Notes under the pieces: model-generated | The model's database searches: none | Told to the model about the DNA's origin: nothing | The model's input: the letters and a program-made list of their open reading frames with translations, nothing else | Translations under genes and position numbers: made by a program | In this document: piece by piece, positions 17,634 through 26,988 of the stretch | How the letters are laid out: the number at the start of each line of letters is the position of its first letter | Numbering within the stretch: the stretch's first letter is position 1 | Source of the DNA: an uncultured virus (IMG/VR IMGVR_UViG_3300044678_003809) | Taxonomy: Duplodnaviria; Heunggongvirae; Uroviricota; Caudoviricetes | Virus record (IMG/VR): IMGVR_UViG_3300044678_003809 | Length of the DNA: 64,000 nucleotides | Direction: 5' to 3' (one strand)

Positions 17634-18092
17634 ATGCTCGACGTGAGTGCTCGCAAGCGGCTGGCCAGCCTGTACGCCACCGCCAAGGACCGCGCCTTCG
17701 AGGGCGCCAAACACGGCGCCGCGTACGCTGTGGCCCGAGCGGTCACCAACCGAACCGTCGACAAGCTGCAGAGCAACACGGCCCTCACCGCCATGCTGCT
17801 CGGCCTCCCCGAGCCCGTGCGAGTCTTCTTGGTGTGCAACGCCGTGCAGGCGCTGGCTCGGGCCTTCGGCGGGGAGCAGTCGGCCCGCGTGTCGGCAGTG
17901 GTCGAGCACGGCATGGAGGGCGCGAGCACGGTGCTGTTCGCGTCCATCGACCTGCCGACGTTCTTCAAGGAGATCGCCACCATCGACGTCGGTGGTCTCG
18001 CCGAGGACGAGGACCCCGCGGGGCCGAAGGCGCCCCGGGCGACGACGCAGCGTGCGCGTCAGACGCGGCCACGCGGCCCCTCGACCAAATAG
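17634..18092 (+). CDS. hypothetical protein
   Basis: Coding-like ORF starting MLDVSARK. Confidence 0.55.
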   Translation: MLDVSARKRLASLYATAKDRAFEGAKHGAAYAVARAVTNRTVDKLQSNTALTAMLLGLPEPVRVFLVCNAVQALARAFGGEQSARVSAVVEHGMEGASTVLFASIDLPTFFKEIATIDVGGLAEDEDPAGPKAPRATTQRARQTRPRGPSTK

Positions 18093-18217
18093 GCCCCGCG
18101 GGAGAGAACCATGCTGCATACGAAAGACCTGCCCGAGGTCCAGAAGGCCAAGGACATCCTCTACAGCGGCGTCGTAGGCGCGGTCGTGGAGGCGTGGTAC
18201 TCGATGCCGAGGCCGAT

Positions 18218-18448
18218 GTGAGTCATCGACAGCTCTGGTCCATGCTCTTCCTCGTGTTCTTCACGCTCTTCGGCTTCCTTCTGACGCTGTCGTGCTTGTG
18301 GCTTCACCAGCCACAGACGATGACCCGGGGGGAGTTGGAGGACTGCGTGTGGGTCCTCTACGGGGTGTTGTTGTTTCTAGCGTGCGGGAGCCTCTACGGG
18401 GTCTACGCCTACATCAGACACTACTTCACGTTCGAGGACAGACCATGA
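18218..18448 (+). CDS. small two-TM membrane protein
   Basis: Two hydrophobic helices; overlaps kinase start. Confidence 0.5.
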   Translation: MSHRQLWSMLFLVFFTLFGFLLTLSCLWLHQPQTMTRGELEDCVWVLYGVLLFLACGSLYGVYAYIRHYFTFEDRP

Positions 18449-19269
18449 TTCTGGGGATCTGTGGGCACAAGGGGTCTGGCAAGAGCACGATCGCGAGGAT
18501 GTTGCTCGACCTCGTTCCGGGGGCACAGCAGATCGCGTTCGCCGACCCGCTCAAGCGGTTTGCCTGCGAGGTCTTCGACTGGGACCTCGCGCAGCTCGAG
18601 GATCAGCAGTTCAAGGAGACGCCAGACCTGCGTTACCCACGGGAGATCACGCAGGGCACCGTCGTCTTCCTCACGCCGCGGCATGCCCTGCAGCAACTCG
18701 GCACGGAGTGGGGCCGCGCTTGCTGTGAGCAGACGTGGATTCGGTACGGACTCCGGCGAGCCCAGGCACTCGAGGCCGCGGGATGTCCGCTGGTGATCAT
18801 CACCGACGTCCGGTTCATCAACGAGGGAGAGGCCATCCGCACGGTCGGGGGCACTGTGGCTCGCATCGTCCGCCCTCACGACCACACCGACGACCACGCG
18901 TCCGAGCGCGAAATCCACCGCGTCCCCGCGCTCTACACCATCTACAACCACGGCGATCTGGAGCACCTCCGAGGGCACGCCTTCTCGTTCGTGCAGATGC
19001 TCGACCTGCCTCCCGCCGTGTTGGAGGCCATGCCCGAAGAGGTACTCCACACGCTCGAAGACACCCGGGTCGCCGAGCTGGAGAACAGGAATCGCGTGCT
19101 CGCCGACCAAGTCAAAGCCCTCGGCACTGTGCTCCGCCAGGTCGAGTTCGGTACCGGTGACCCCGACATCGTGGGGTGTCCCGTCTGCGGCGGCAGCCCC
19201 GAATCCGATGCCCCCCATAATCCGACCTGCGAGTTGCGGGCGGCTCTCGACCTGCTCGAAGGGGAGTGA
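18445..19269 (+). CDS. deoxynucleoside monophosphate kinase (phage type) with C-terminal Zn knuckle
   Basis: GHKGSGKST P-loop, FADPLK, LQQLGTEWGR, ITDVRF.NE, HASE. Confidence 0.9.
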   Translation: MILGICGHKGSGKSTIARMLLDLVPGAQQIAFADPLKRFACEVFDWDLAQLEDQQFKETPDLRYPREITQGTVVFLTPRHALQQLGTEWGRACCEQTWIRYGLRRAQALEAAGCPLVIITDVRFINEGEAIRTVGGTVARIVRPHDHTDDHASEREIHRVPALYTIYNHGDLEHLRGHAFSFVQMLDLPPAVLEAMPEEVLHTLEDTRVAELENRNRVLADQVKALGTVLRQVEFGTGDPDIVGCPVCGGSPESDAPHNPTCELRAALDLLEGE

Positions 19270-19270
19270 G

Positions 19271-19585
19271 ATGCGCATCTCCGAAGCGGACCGCGTGAAG
19301 GTGGCCCTTGCCTCGGGGGGCGCCTTCAAGGTGTCCTCCATCGACCCGTCGGACGTGTACGGGGGATTCAGCGTCGAGTGGGCCGCCGGTGGGACGACCC
19401 CCATACACGTCTGGTCCGAAGGGTCTCGGCGGGTTCTATCCCGAATCCGCGTGAGCCGTTCATCGGGAGGCGATAAGACCATGATCCCCACTGGGCGCGG
19501 ATGGCACGCGGTGTGCGCCGACCTTCTTCGCAGGGCGTTGACGCCCGTGTCCGAGCGACTCAAGCCCGAGTCACGAGACCCCTGA
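19271..19585 (+). CDS. hypothetical protein
   Basis: ATG 1 nt after previous stop; GGAG RBS. Confidence 0.5.
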   Translation: MRISEADRVKVALASGGAFKVSSIDPSDVYGGFSVEWAAGGTTPIHVWSEGSRRVLSRIRVSRSSGGDKTMIPTGRGWHAVCADLLRRALTPVSERLKPESRDP

Positions 19586-19606
19586 GGGGGCGCCGAGGAG
19601 AACATC

Positions 19607-19996
19607 ATGTCGACGGTATTGCTGCCATTCGCGGCGGGCGTACTCATCATCGAGAACGGACTGATCTTGGCCATCGAGCGCGACGACGGTCGTTTGGGCC
19701 TCCCCTGCGGCAAGATCGAGCCTGGGGAGACTCCCGCCCAAGCAGCGGTTCGGGAGTGTCGCGAAGAAACGGGCTGCGAGGTCCGGCTGCTCGATTACAT
19801 TCGGCCCCCGTACGTGGGGCTCGATGTCGTGGACCAGAACATGGTTTCGCTGCACAGGGCCCGGATTCTCAAACGGGGGCGGCCGACGACACCCGGGGAG
19901 GGCTCGCCCGTCTGGGTCACGTCCGGTAGACTGCTGACCGCGACCTACGCCGATTACAACCTCGCGGCCTTCAAGCACTTCGAGGTGCGAATCTAA
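19607..19996 (+). CDS. NUDIX hydrolase
   Basis: Nudix box GKIEPGETPAQAAVRECREETG. Confidence 0.9.
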   Translation: MSTVLLPFAAGVLIIENGLILAIERDDGRLGLPCGKIEPGETPAQAAVRECREETGCEVRLLDYIRPPYVGLDVVDQNMVSLHRARILKRGRPTTPGEGSPVWVTSGRLLTATYADYNLAAFKHFEVRI

Positions 19997-20019
19997 CCAC
20001 TGTTTCCAGAGGGACACCA

Positions 20020-20589
20020 ATGGCTCTTGGACATCACGATTTCGTTGTCGATGGGCACACCGTAGCCGCCCAGCAGCGCCCCGAAGCGTTCGACTTCTTC
20101 ACCAAGTTCTTCAACGAGCACACGTTCGACCGCATCATCGAGATCGGGACGTCGCACGGCGGGCTGACGTTCTGGCTGCGGAAGTTCACCGGGCTGCCGG
20201 TCGTCACGTACGACATCGTCGAGAAGCCGCTCTACCCCGTGCTGCGGGAGGCCGGCGTGGACGTTCGGATCAAGAACGTCCTTGACCCCAAGAATGTCGC
20301 GGAGATCGCCGCGGACCTTCAGCGCCCCGGTCGGGCGTTGCTGCTCTGCGACGGCGGCGCCAAGTCGGTGGAGTTCAACACCTTCGCGTGCTTCCTCAAG
20401 GACAACGACTGCATCATGGCGCACGACTACAGCCGTGATGAGAGCACCTACGCCCACACGCAGACGCTCTGGCCGTGGTGGGAACTGCGGTGGAGCGACA
20501 TCGAGGCCGCGTCCGAGCGATACGGCCTGCAGCAGATCGTGCCCGAGTCCGAAGCCGTGGTGTGGATCGTCATGCAGAAGACCCGGTAG
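20020..20589 (+). CDS. class I SAM-dependent methyltransferase-like protein
   Basis: IIEIGTSHGG, LCDGG and MAHDY motifs. Confidence 0.7.
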   Translation: MALGHHDFVVDGHTVAAQQRPEAFDFFTKFFNEHTFDRIIEIGTSHGGLTFWLRKFTGLPVVTYDIVEKPLYPVLREAGVDVRIKNVLDPKNVAEIAADLQRPGRALLLCDGGAKSVEFNTFACFLKDNDCIMAHDYSRDESTYAHTQTLWPWWELRWSDIEAASERYGLQQIVPESEAVVWIVMQKTR

Positions 20590-20598
20590 GGGCAGAGC

Positions 20599-20874
20599 AT
20601 GGTCTACAAGTGCTTCTACTGCCAGTACGTCTTCGAGGCCCATGCCCTGCCCACGCCGTGTCCCCGGTGCGACGCGATCTTGTCGCTGGGGGTCACCGCG
20701 GATACCCCCCTCAGCGACTGGGTCCAGGCCCTGAAGAAGAACGGCAAGCGCATGACCCTCCGAGTGACCGAAAACGGTTTCGTCGGAGCGGTGAGCGTCG
20801 GCGACTCGGAAGTGGCGCTGGCCAGCCCACCGACGGACGACAAGAACCCACATGAGGACGACCATGACCCCTGA
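20599..20874 (+). CDS. Zn-ribbon protein
   Basis: CFYC..CPRC. Confidence 0.55.
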   Translation: MVYKCFYCQYVFEAHALPTPCPRCDAILSLGVTADTPLSDWVQALKKNGKRMTLRVTENGFVGAVSVGDSEVALASPPTDDKNPHEDDHDP

Positions 20875-21559
20875 GCAGTTCAAGACCCTACAGCCCGGTG
20901 ATGAAGCGTACTACGTCATTCGACGAGACTGGGATACGAACGCGTACGTCCAGCATCGAGATGTGTTCCTGCTCCGGGTTGTCGTCAAGAAGGTCAGCGC
21001 GAAAACGGTGACGACCGAGAACGGTTATCGCCCGAAAGCGGAAGAACTCCTGACACTCGAAGAGGGGGCCGCGGCCATCGAAGAGACAACGCGTCGGAAG
21101 GAAGCGCACGAGGCGCTCATGCGCCGGTGGCGAAGCGTGGCGGAGCGCATCGGCGCCGCAACATCCATGCGCAGTGCCTTCGGTCTGATGACATCGTCAA
21201 TCAGTGTGAGCACCAGCAGCATCGACATTGCGGAAAGCGTCGCCAGCGCGCTGGACGTGGGCATGGCCGCCATCCGCCTTCAGGGCGCCCTCCGTGAGAA
21301 GATCACATCCGAATCCCCGGCGGTTCATCTGCACCTGAGCATCGACCAAGCGCAGCGCGTCTTGAATCTGCTGGAGCCCAGCGCAGAGTCCGCGGCCCCC
21401 GTCGTCGACCCCGGGGGCCCGTTGCTCACCCAGCTCGATGCCCTGCTACGCGACCTCGAGCCAGAAGACAACGGACAGGGTGCACACCGCGACCCGGACG
21501 CCGTGCTCAACATCGTTGACGCGGCGCGGCGGCTGATCCGCGAGTTCAACAAACGGTAA
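20852..21559 (+). CDS. hypothetical protein
   Basis: Operon-embedded ORF; start may be 20864. Confidence 0.6.
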   Translation: MRTTMTPEQFKTLQPGDEAYYVIRRDWDTNAYVQHRDVFLLRVVVKKVSAKTVTTENGYRPKAEELLTLEEGAAAIEETTRRKEAHEALMRRWRSVAERIGAATSMRSAFGLMTSSISVSTSSIDIAESVASALDVGMAAIRLQGALREKITSESPAVHLHLSIDQAQRVLNLLEPSAESAAPVVDPGGPLLTQLDALLRDLEPEDNGQGAHRDPDAVLNIVDAARRLIREFNKR

Positions 21560-21568
21560 TCGAGGCAC

Positions 21569-21596
21569 CCATGAGCAAGAAGTCGAAGGTCGGTCG
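21569..21596 (+). repeat. 28-bp direct repeat, left copy (partner 23057-23084)
   Basis: CCATGAGCAAGAAGTCGAAGGTCGGTCG identical at both sites. Confidence 0.9.
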
Positions 21597-21640
21597 TATC
21601 GGACTGGAACGGATTCTTGACCAGCCGCAAGCCGTGAACC

Positions 21641-23062
21641 ATGATGAATAGTAGGCAGAGGACGATGACAGAACCGCACAGAACGGTGGTTTCACTGTTC
21701 TCGGGAGCGATGGGGTTCGACCTCGGACTTGAGGCGGCTGGGCTCGACGTTCGAGTTGTAGTTGAGTTCGATCCCGCCTGCTGTGCGACGATCCGAAACA
21801 ACTTGCCCGAGACCCCCGTCTTGGAGCGCGACATCCGGGGACTTTCGACGAAGGATATACTTGAGGCCGGACGTCTCAAGCTTGGCGAGGTCTTCTGCGT
21901 CGTCGGCGGGCCTCCTTGTCAGTCCTTCAGCACCGGGGGCAAGCGCGGTTCCATCACGGACCCCCGTGGCTCCCTCTTCATGGACTACCTGCGAGTCATT
22001 CGCGAAGCACGCCCATCTTACTTCGTATTTGAGAATGTGGCGAACATCGTCACTGCTCCGATCAGACATCGTCCCATCGATCAGCGTCCGGGGAAGAACT
22101 GGAACCTGAGTGCCTACTCCAAGAACAAGAATGGAGGACGGCGCATCGACGACGATGACGAGGCCGAACCGCTTCAGCCGGACGAGATGTCCGGGGCTGC
22201 CGTCGCCGTCATCCTCGAGGAGTTCGAGCAACTCGGATACCACCTCACCTATGGGATACTGAATTCCGCCGACTTTGGTGTCGCCCAGAGGCGTCTACGC
22301 TTTGTAATGATCGGCAGTCGCGTAACAACGAGCATCGAACTGCCCAGGCCTACGCACTCCCAGGAGGGCAAACCTCCGCTGCATCGGTGGCGCAGCCTTC
22401 GCGATGTTCTCGCGGGTCTGCAAGATGTTACTCCGATGCACTCCAATTATACGCCCGACTTCAGACGATACTTCTCGCTGATCCCTCCGGGCGGTAATTG
22501 GCGAGACCTTCCCGAAGATCTTCAGAAGCAGGCACTCGGCGAGGCAGCGTATGCAGCCGGTGGAGGGAAGACGGGATTCTTCCGTCGCCTGTCGTGGGAC
22601 GAGCCAACGCCAACCATCGTCGGCAAGCCGAATCGGAAGTCGTCAGCGATCTGTCATCCAGTGGAAATAAGACCACTGACGGTGCGCGAGTGCGCTCGTG
22701 TCCAAGGATTCCCCGACGGATGGTGCTTCTCTGGCGCGATGCACACTCAGTACCTTCAGATCGGGAACGCGGTCCCGGTGGGCCTTGGGAAGGTCGTCGG
22801 GGAGGCCATCATCCTTGCCGAGAACGCACGCCTGACCGCAGGGGGGGAGGTTCCGAATGAACGCGATCTCGTCGCGTGGAGAGAGTCAAAGGACTCGATG
22901 ACCGAGCAGGCACAACGGAAGCTACGGAGCTACGCACGTAACCGCATCGCCTTCAATGAAGACCGCCGACTTGACCTCTTGACCAGCAGGCCTTCCCTTG
23001 ACTTGCTGTCGTCGGCTGAGTCCAGCACATCTCGCACAGACCCATCTGGAGATGCACCATGA
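21641..23062 (+). CDS. dcm: DNA cytosine-5 methyltransferase
   Basis: LFSGAMG, GGPPCQSFS, FENV, QRRLR, RECARVQGFP, QIGNAVP; start may be 21665. Confidence 0.93.
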   Translation: MMNSRQRTMTEPHRTVVSLFSGAMGFDLGLEAAGLDVRVVVEFDPACCATIRNNLPETPVLERDIRGLSTKDILEAGRLKLGEVFCVVGGPPCQSFSTGGKRGSITDPRGSLFMDYLRVIREARPSYFVFENVANIVTAPIRHRPIDQRPGKNWNLSAYSKNKNGGRRIDDDDEAEPLQPDEMSGAAVAVILEEFEQLGYHLTYGILNSADFGVAQRRLRFVMIGSRVTTSIELPRPTHSQEGKPPLHRWRSLRDVLAGLQDVTPMHSNYTPDFRRYFSLIPPGGNWRDLPEDLQKQALGEAAYAAGGGKTGFFRRLSWDEPTPTIVGKPNRKSSAICHPVEIRPLTVRECARVQGFPDGWCFSGAMHTQYLQIGNAVPVGLGKVVGEAIILAENARLTAGGEVPNERDLVAWRESKDSMTEQAQRKLRSYARNRIAFNEDRRLDLLTSRPSLDLLSSAESSTSRTDPSGDAP

Positions 23063-23084
23063 GCAAGAAGTCGAAGGTCGGTCG
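23057..23084 (+). repeat. 28-bp direct repeat, right copy
   Basis: Identical to 21569-21596; forms start of gene 23059. Confidence 0.9.
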
Positions 23085-23421
23085 GGGCGCCCTCGTGCGC
23101 CGTCTGCGCCGGGAGTACGGCCTCACGGAGGCGGAGGCCCGGAGCGCGGCCGAAGGTGGCGTTTTCAGCGCGGACACTCCCGACGACGAGGCCACACGAA
23201 TACTTCAACAGCGGAAGCCACAGGCCCCCGTCGAGGTCCCCGGTGAGGGACCTCCTGAAGCGTGCACCGAGGTCCCCGCCGGAACGGCCACCGAGTCGCC
23301 AGCGCCCGCCGACACGCGCTTTCGTCAGGGTCGTCGTCAACTGGCTCGGCTGAACGTCGCTGCCCTTCTTCTGACCGGGGCATCCTTGGTGACGAGGGTG
23401 GACCCACCTCGAAACACATAA
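23059..23421 (+). CDS. hypothetical protein
   Basis: MSKKSKVGR start overlapping methylase stop. Confidence 0.55.
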   Translation: MSKKSKVGRGALVRRLRREYGLTEAEARSAAEGGVFSADTPDDEATRILQQRKPQAPVEVPGEGPPEACTEVPAGTATESPAPADTRFRQGRRQLARLNVAALLLTGASLVTRVDPPRNT

Positions 23422-23491
23422 TACCCGTTGTGTGCATAATCGGGTTGCGGCAAGATGGTCTAGCTACTCCCACACGAAGAAAGCATCCCCG

Positions 23492-24073
23492 ATGACTTGG
23501 CTCCTCTTCCTGCTGACCGCCCTCCTGAGCCCTGGGGACGTCACGGCCCCCGGCGCTCCCGCTCCCATCTCCGCGCAGCCCCCGAAGCCCGAGCCCCCGC
23601 CCTTCGAGGCCCTCGGCTTCGTGATGGGGGAGACCCAGGCCCAGACGCGCGCCCGAGAGCCTCAACTCCAGGCGCTCCCGGGTGGCAAGATGGCCGTCAA
23701 CCGACGGCTCGCGGGGGAGCAGGCCCTGCTGGTGCTCACCTTCATCGACGACCGGCTCATCAAGGTCAGCGCCGGCTTCAACGTCGAGGGGACGCACGAC
23801 GCTGAGTGGACTCTCATCCTGGCGCGTCGACTCGCGGTCGCCCTCGAGGAGAAGCTCCACGCCCCGCCCGTCCAGAAGCATGAGCCAGCGTTGGCCTATC
23901 GCTTGTTGGTCGACGACTACTACTTGGCCGTGTGGCCCCAAGGCGACGTCAAGGCATCCATTCAAGTCACTTCGTCACGGGGAATACCGCTCCTGCTCGT
24001 GGTCTACGAGTTGTCGGCGGCGACGGACCGTGTCGAGCAGCAACAGCGGCACGACCTCGCAAACGACCTGTGA
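23492..24073 (+). CDS. secreted hypothetical protein
   Basis: Signal peptide MTWLLFLLTALLS followed by Pro-rich linker. Confidence 0.6.
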   Translation: MTWLLFLLTALLSPGDVTAPGAPAPISAQPPKPEPPPFEALGFVMGETQAQTRAREPQLQALPGGKMAVNRRLAGEQALLVLTFIDDRLIKVSAGFNVEGTHDAEWTLILARRLAVALEEKLHAPPVQKHEPALAYRLLVDDYYLAVWPQGDVKASIQVTSSRGIPLLLVVYELSAATDRVEQQQRHDLANDL

Positions 24074-24125
24074 CATGGCCCTCAGGGTGTCTATCTTTCC
24101 AGCACCCACTGATGGAGAACCGGCA

Positions 24126-24296
24126 ATGCCGACCCACACGACACCAATCCCCAACCTCGCGCAGCAACGCTTGCGCGTTTGCGCCGTCTGTCCCGAGCGA
24201 CGCCCCGGCGCCTTGGACACCTGCCGCAAGTGCAACTGCATCCTCGTCCTGAAGACGCGCGTGAAAACGCAGCACTGCCCCATGGGGAAGTGGTGA
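24126..24296 (+). CDS. small Cys-rich phage protein (DUF6171-like)
   Basis: RLRVCAVCP..CRKCNC....K......CPMGKW pattern; GGAG RBS. Confidence 0.6.
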   Translation: MPTHTTPIPNLAQQRLRVCAVCPERRPGALDTCRKCNCILVLKTRVKTQHCPMGKW

Positions 24297-24495
24297 TGCG
24301 TCGACCATCCCACGCTGACCACTTCTACCCCTGGGGATTCGACCACATCAGCGGCCTGCTGCGGGGCTCGGACGGCGTTCGTCGGCAGTCCCTCGAGGAC
24401 CTGCTCGAGGCTGAGGCGCCCGAGGTCTTCGCCGAGCCGGAGATGCGTGTGATCCCGGCCCCCTTGCGCCGCTTGTCACGGCCCGAGAAGACCGC

Positions 24496-25503
24496 GTGAC
24501 GCGCCCGAACGACAACCCCCACGCCCTCGCCACGATCGATACGTTCGATGCGCTCGATGCACTGCCTGCCCGCCAACAGGCCCTGGTGGAGCAGGCCTTC
24601 GAGTACGCGCAGTCCTCAAGGGCGCCCAACACCCAGCGGGCATACGAGATCGGGGTCCGCGGCTACCGGGACTGGTGCGGTGAGGTCGGCCTTGACCCCG
24701 AGAACGAGGTCACGGCGACCAGCATGGCGCTCTTCGCGACCTCCCTGGCGTCTCAGGGGCGCAAGTGGAGCACGATCAACGTCGCGCTCGCCGGGCTCGA
24801 CTACAACCGCGTCGTGCGGGGGCTTGACCCCCTGCGCAAGAGCCGAGAGGTCGCCATGGTGACCGAGGGCATCCGGCGGGTCCACGGGACCGCATTCCGC
24901 CAAGCCAAGCCCATCACGGTCGAGCAGCTCCGCTTGATGGTCGAACATCTCGAGGGCCCCGCGGCCGCTCGTGACCGGGCCCTGCTCCTGCTCGGCTTTT
25001 CCGGGGCCTTCCGCCGCTCCGAGCTGACGGCGCTCAACTGGGGGGACCTGGCCCGCGAGGCCGACGGCTACGTGGTCACGCTGCGGCAGTCGAAGACCGA
25101 CCAAGAAGGACAAGGCGTCATCAAGGCCATCCCGCTCGGTGGGCGGGCCTCGACCTGCCCGGTGCGCAACCTGAGCATTTGGGGCGAGACGCTTGGGGGT
25201 GACGTGCGAACCTACGACCCCGTCTTCGTGCGCTACTCGAAGAACGGGCCGCTGCCCTACCGGCTGACCGACCAGAGCGTCAACCAGGTGGTCAAGCGCG
25301 CGATGACCGATGCGGGGCTTGACCCGGCTGGGTACTCGGGCCACTCCCTGCGGGCAGGGTTCGTGACCGCCGCCGCCCGCGCCAACAAGCGCATCGACCT
25401 CATCATGCAGCAGACCGGCCACAAGAGCGTGGACACGGTCATGCGGTACATCCGCCACGTCGAACTCTTCCGCGAGAACGCCGCGGAGGGTCTCGGGCTC
25501 TGA
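24496..25503 (+). CDS. tyrosine recombinase, Cre-like
   Basis: GAFRRSEL, SKTDQ, HSLRAG, TGH...MRY catalytic residues. Confidence 0.93.
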   Translation: MTRPNDNPHALATIDTFDALDALPARQQALVEQAFEYAQSSRAPNTQRAYEIGVRGYRDWCGEVGLDPENEVTATSMALFATSLASQGRKWSTINVALAGLDYNRVVRGLDPLRKSREVAMVTEGIRRVHGTAFRQAKPITVEQLRLMVEHLEGPAAARDRALLLLGFSGAFRRSELTALNWGDLAREADGYVVTLRQSKTDQEGQGVIKAIPLGGRASTCPVRNLSIWGETLGGDVRTYDPVFVRYSKNGPLPYRLTDQSVNQVVKRAMTDAGLDPAGYSGHSLRAGFVTAAARANKRIDLIMQQTGHKSVDTVMRYIRHVELFRENAAEGLGL

Positions 25504-25533
25504 GGCCGCACGAACACGAAGAGGGACAAGAAC

Positions 25534-25806
25534 ATGCTCACAGTGCAGCAGATACTCGAGACTATCGAGCAGATCGCGGAGACCGTCACTTGGGTGGTCC
25601 AGCCCAACCCGGACCCCCTCGTCACGAACTACGAAGGCGTGGGCGACGGCTGGCTTCTGCTCGTCACCGAGGTCAAGAACGACTACCCGCATCCGTCATT
25701 CTACGGTGGCGCGATCTCCAGTCCCCAACGCGCGCTGTTGATTCGCATCCCGGGGGACACGGCCCGCAAGCTCTTCAACATCGTGCAGACCAAGGTGGTG
25801 AACTGA
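25534..25806 (+). CDS. hypothetical protein
   Basis: Coupled ORF. Confidence 0.55.
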   Translation: MLTVQQILETIEQIAETVTWVVQPNPDPLVTNYEGVGDGWLLLVTEVKNDYPHPSFYGGAISSPQRALLIRIPGDTARKLFNIVQTKVVN

Positions 25807-26177
25807 TGTCCGACTTTCTGTTCTCACGCGTCCCGAACGGCTGGATCGTCACGTTGTCCTCGGACAATGGCACCGAGCAGGCGGTCTTCGCCGACGGTCA
25901 CTCGGGGGACTGCTTCTACGACCCCGCGGAAAGCCTCCAGCGCGCCCTCTGGGCGGCCTTCGGGACGTACATGGCGGGGAACGGGCACGCCGGGCTCGAC
26001 GTGGGCGTCCACGCGGCGCCAGAGCCCTCGAAGGGGCCCACGCCACTTATCACCCCCCGACGTCTGACGCGAAAAACGAAGAAGGCAAACAAGGGGCCCA
26101 TCGTGTCGCTCGTGGGGCGAAAGCCGAGGACGTCGAAACCGGTCACGCTCACCATCGTCCCCCCGGAGTCTCCGTGA
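25806..26177 (+). CDS. hypothetical protein
   Basis: TGATG coupling; MSDFLF start. Confidence 0.55.
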   Translation: MSDFLFSRVPNGWIVTLSSDNGTEQAVFADGHSGDCFYDPAESLQRALWAAFGTYMAGNGHAGLDVGVHAAPEPSKGPTPLITPRRLTRKTKKANKGPIVSLVGRKPRTSKPVTLTIVPPESP

Positions 26178-26653
26178 AGTTCAAGATCATCCTGCCGTGC
26201 GACATCGCTTGGGTTTCCCGTGTCGAGCACCGACTCACGATCCACCAGCCGACGCTCTACTTCGACGCCGACTGGCCCGAGGTGCCTGAGGGGGGAGACG
26301 CTATTCACTTGGGCCGGTACCCCTTCCGGGTGCAGTACCGCTTCTTCGCCATGGACGGCTCCATCGAGGTTGTTCTCCTCGACTTCTGGCACGCCGACAT
26401 GGGGCCACTCCCCCCCGGGTGGTACCAACTCAAGCCCGACGGCACGAAGGTCTTCGTCGATGAGAAGACTGGACTGCCGCAGGGTGGCAGTGCTCCGATG
26501 CTCTGCGACGAGGACGTGGCGGCGCTTGGCGAGGGCCGGCTTCTGCCCGATGAAGAGCGCGACGCGGTCTGCCGCTTGACGGAGGACCAGAAGATCGCGC
26601 TCGCGGACTTGTTCCCCGACGCCTACCGCCGCTTGTTCGGCGCGAGGGCATGA
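26174..26653 (+). CDS. hypothetical protein
   Basis: GTGA overlap. Confidence 0.55.
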   Translation: MKFKIILPCDIAWVSRVEHRLTIHQPTLYFDADWPEVPEGGDAIHLGRYPFRVQYRFFAMDGSIEVVLLDFWHADMGPLPPGWYQLKPDGTKVFVDEKTGLPQGGSAPMLCDEDVAALGEGRLLPDEERDAVCRLTEDQKIALADLFPDAYRRLFGARA

Positions 26654-26988
26654 CCGTGACGTCCGTTCGTTCACTACCCTGTGGCGCATGCCCACACAAG
26701 GGGGCGTGCTGCACCTACGGGGCGTCGCTCACCCCAGCAGAAGAGACGGCCATCCGCGCGCACCATGGCGCCGACGCGATCGATATGACGGGCGACCCCA
26801 CCGATCCCGTGCGGACTCGGGTGCTCAACGGCGCGTGCGTCTTCCTGACGGACGGCCGGTGCCGCATCCACGCGGAGCCCTACTATCCCCGGACGTGCAC
26901 GGGGTTCCCCTGGGTCGACGAGGTCGGAGACCCGTACGTCCACGACAAGACCATCTGCCCCGAGTTCACGGCCGATGATGGCGTCTAG
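26650..26988 (+). CDS. YkgJ-family (CxxCxxCC) Zn/Fe-chelating protein
   Basis: CGAC....ACC..CVFL..GRCRIH....PRTC..FPW. Confidence 0.8.
   Translation: MTVTSVRSLPCGACPHKGACCTYGASLTPAEETAIRAHHGADAIDMTGDPTDPVRTRVLNGACVFLTDGRCRIHAEPYYPRTCTGFPWVDEVGDPYVHDKTICPEFTADDGV

Noticed and set aside
21641..23062. Complete type II restriction-modification system or IS element
   Set aside because: No endonuclease, transposase or terminal inverted repeats inside the direct repeats
24300..25540. att or lox site next to the recombinase
   Set aside because: No tRNA fragment or convincing inverted repeat pair found by eye
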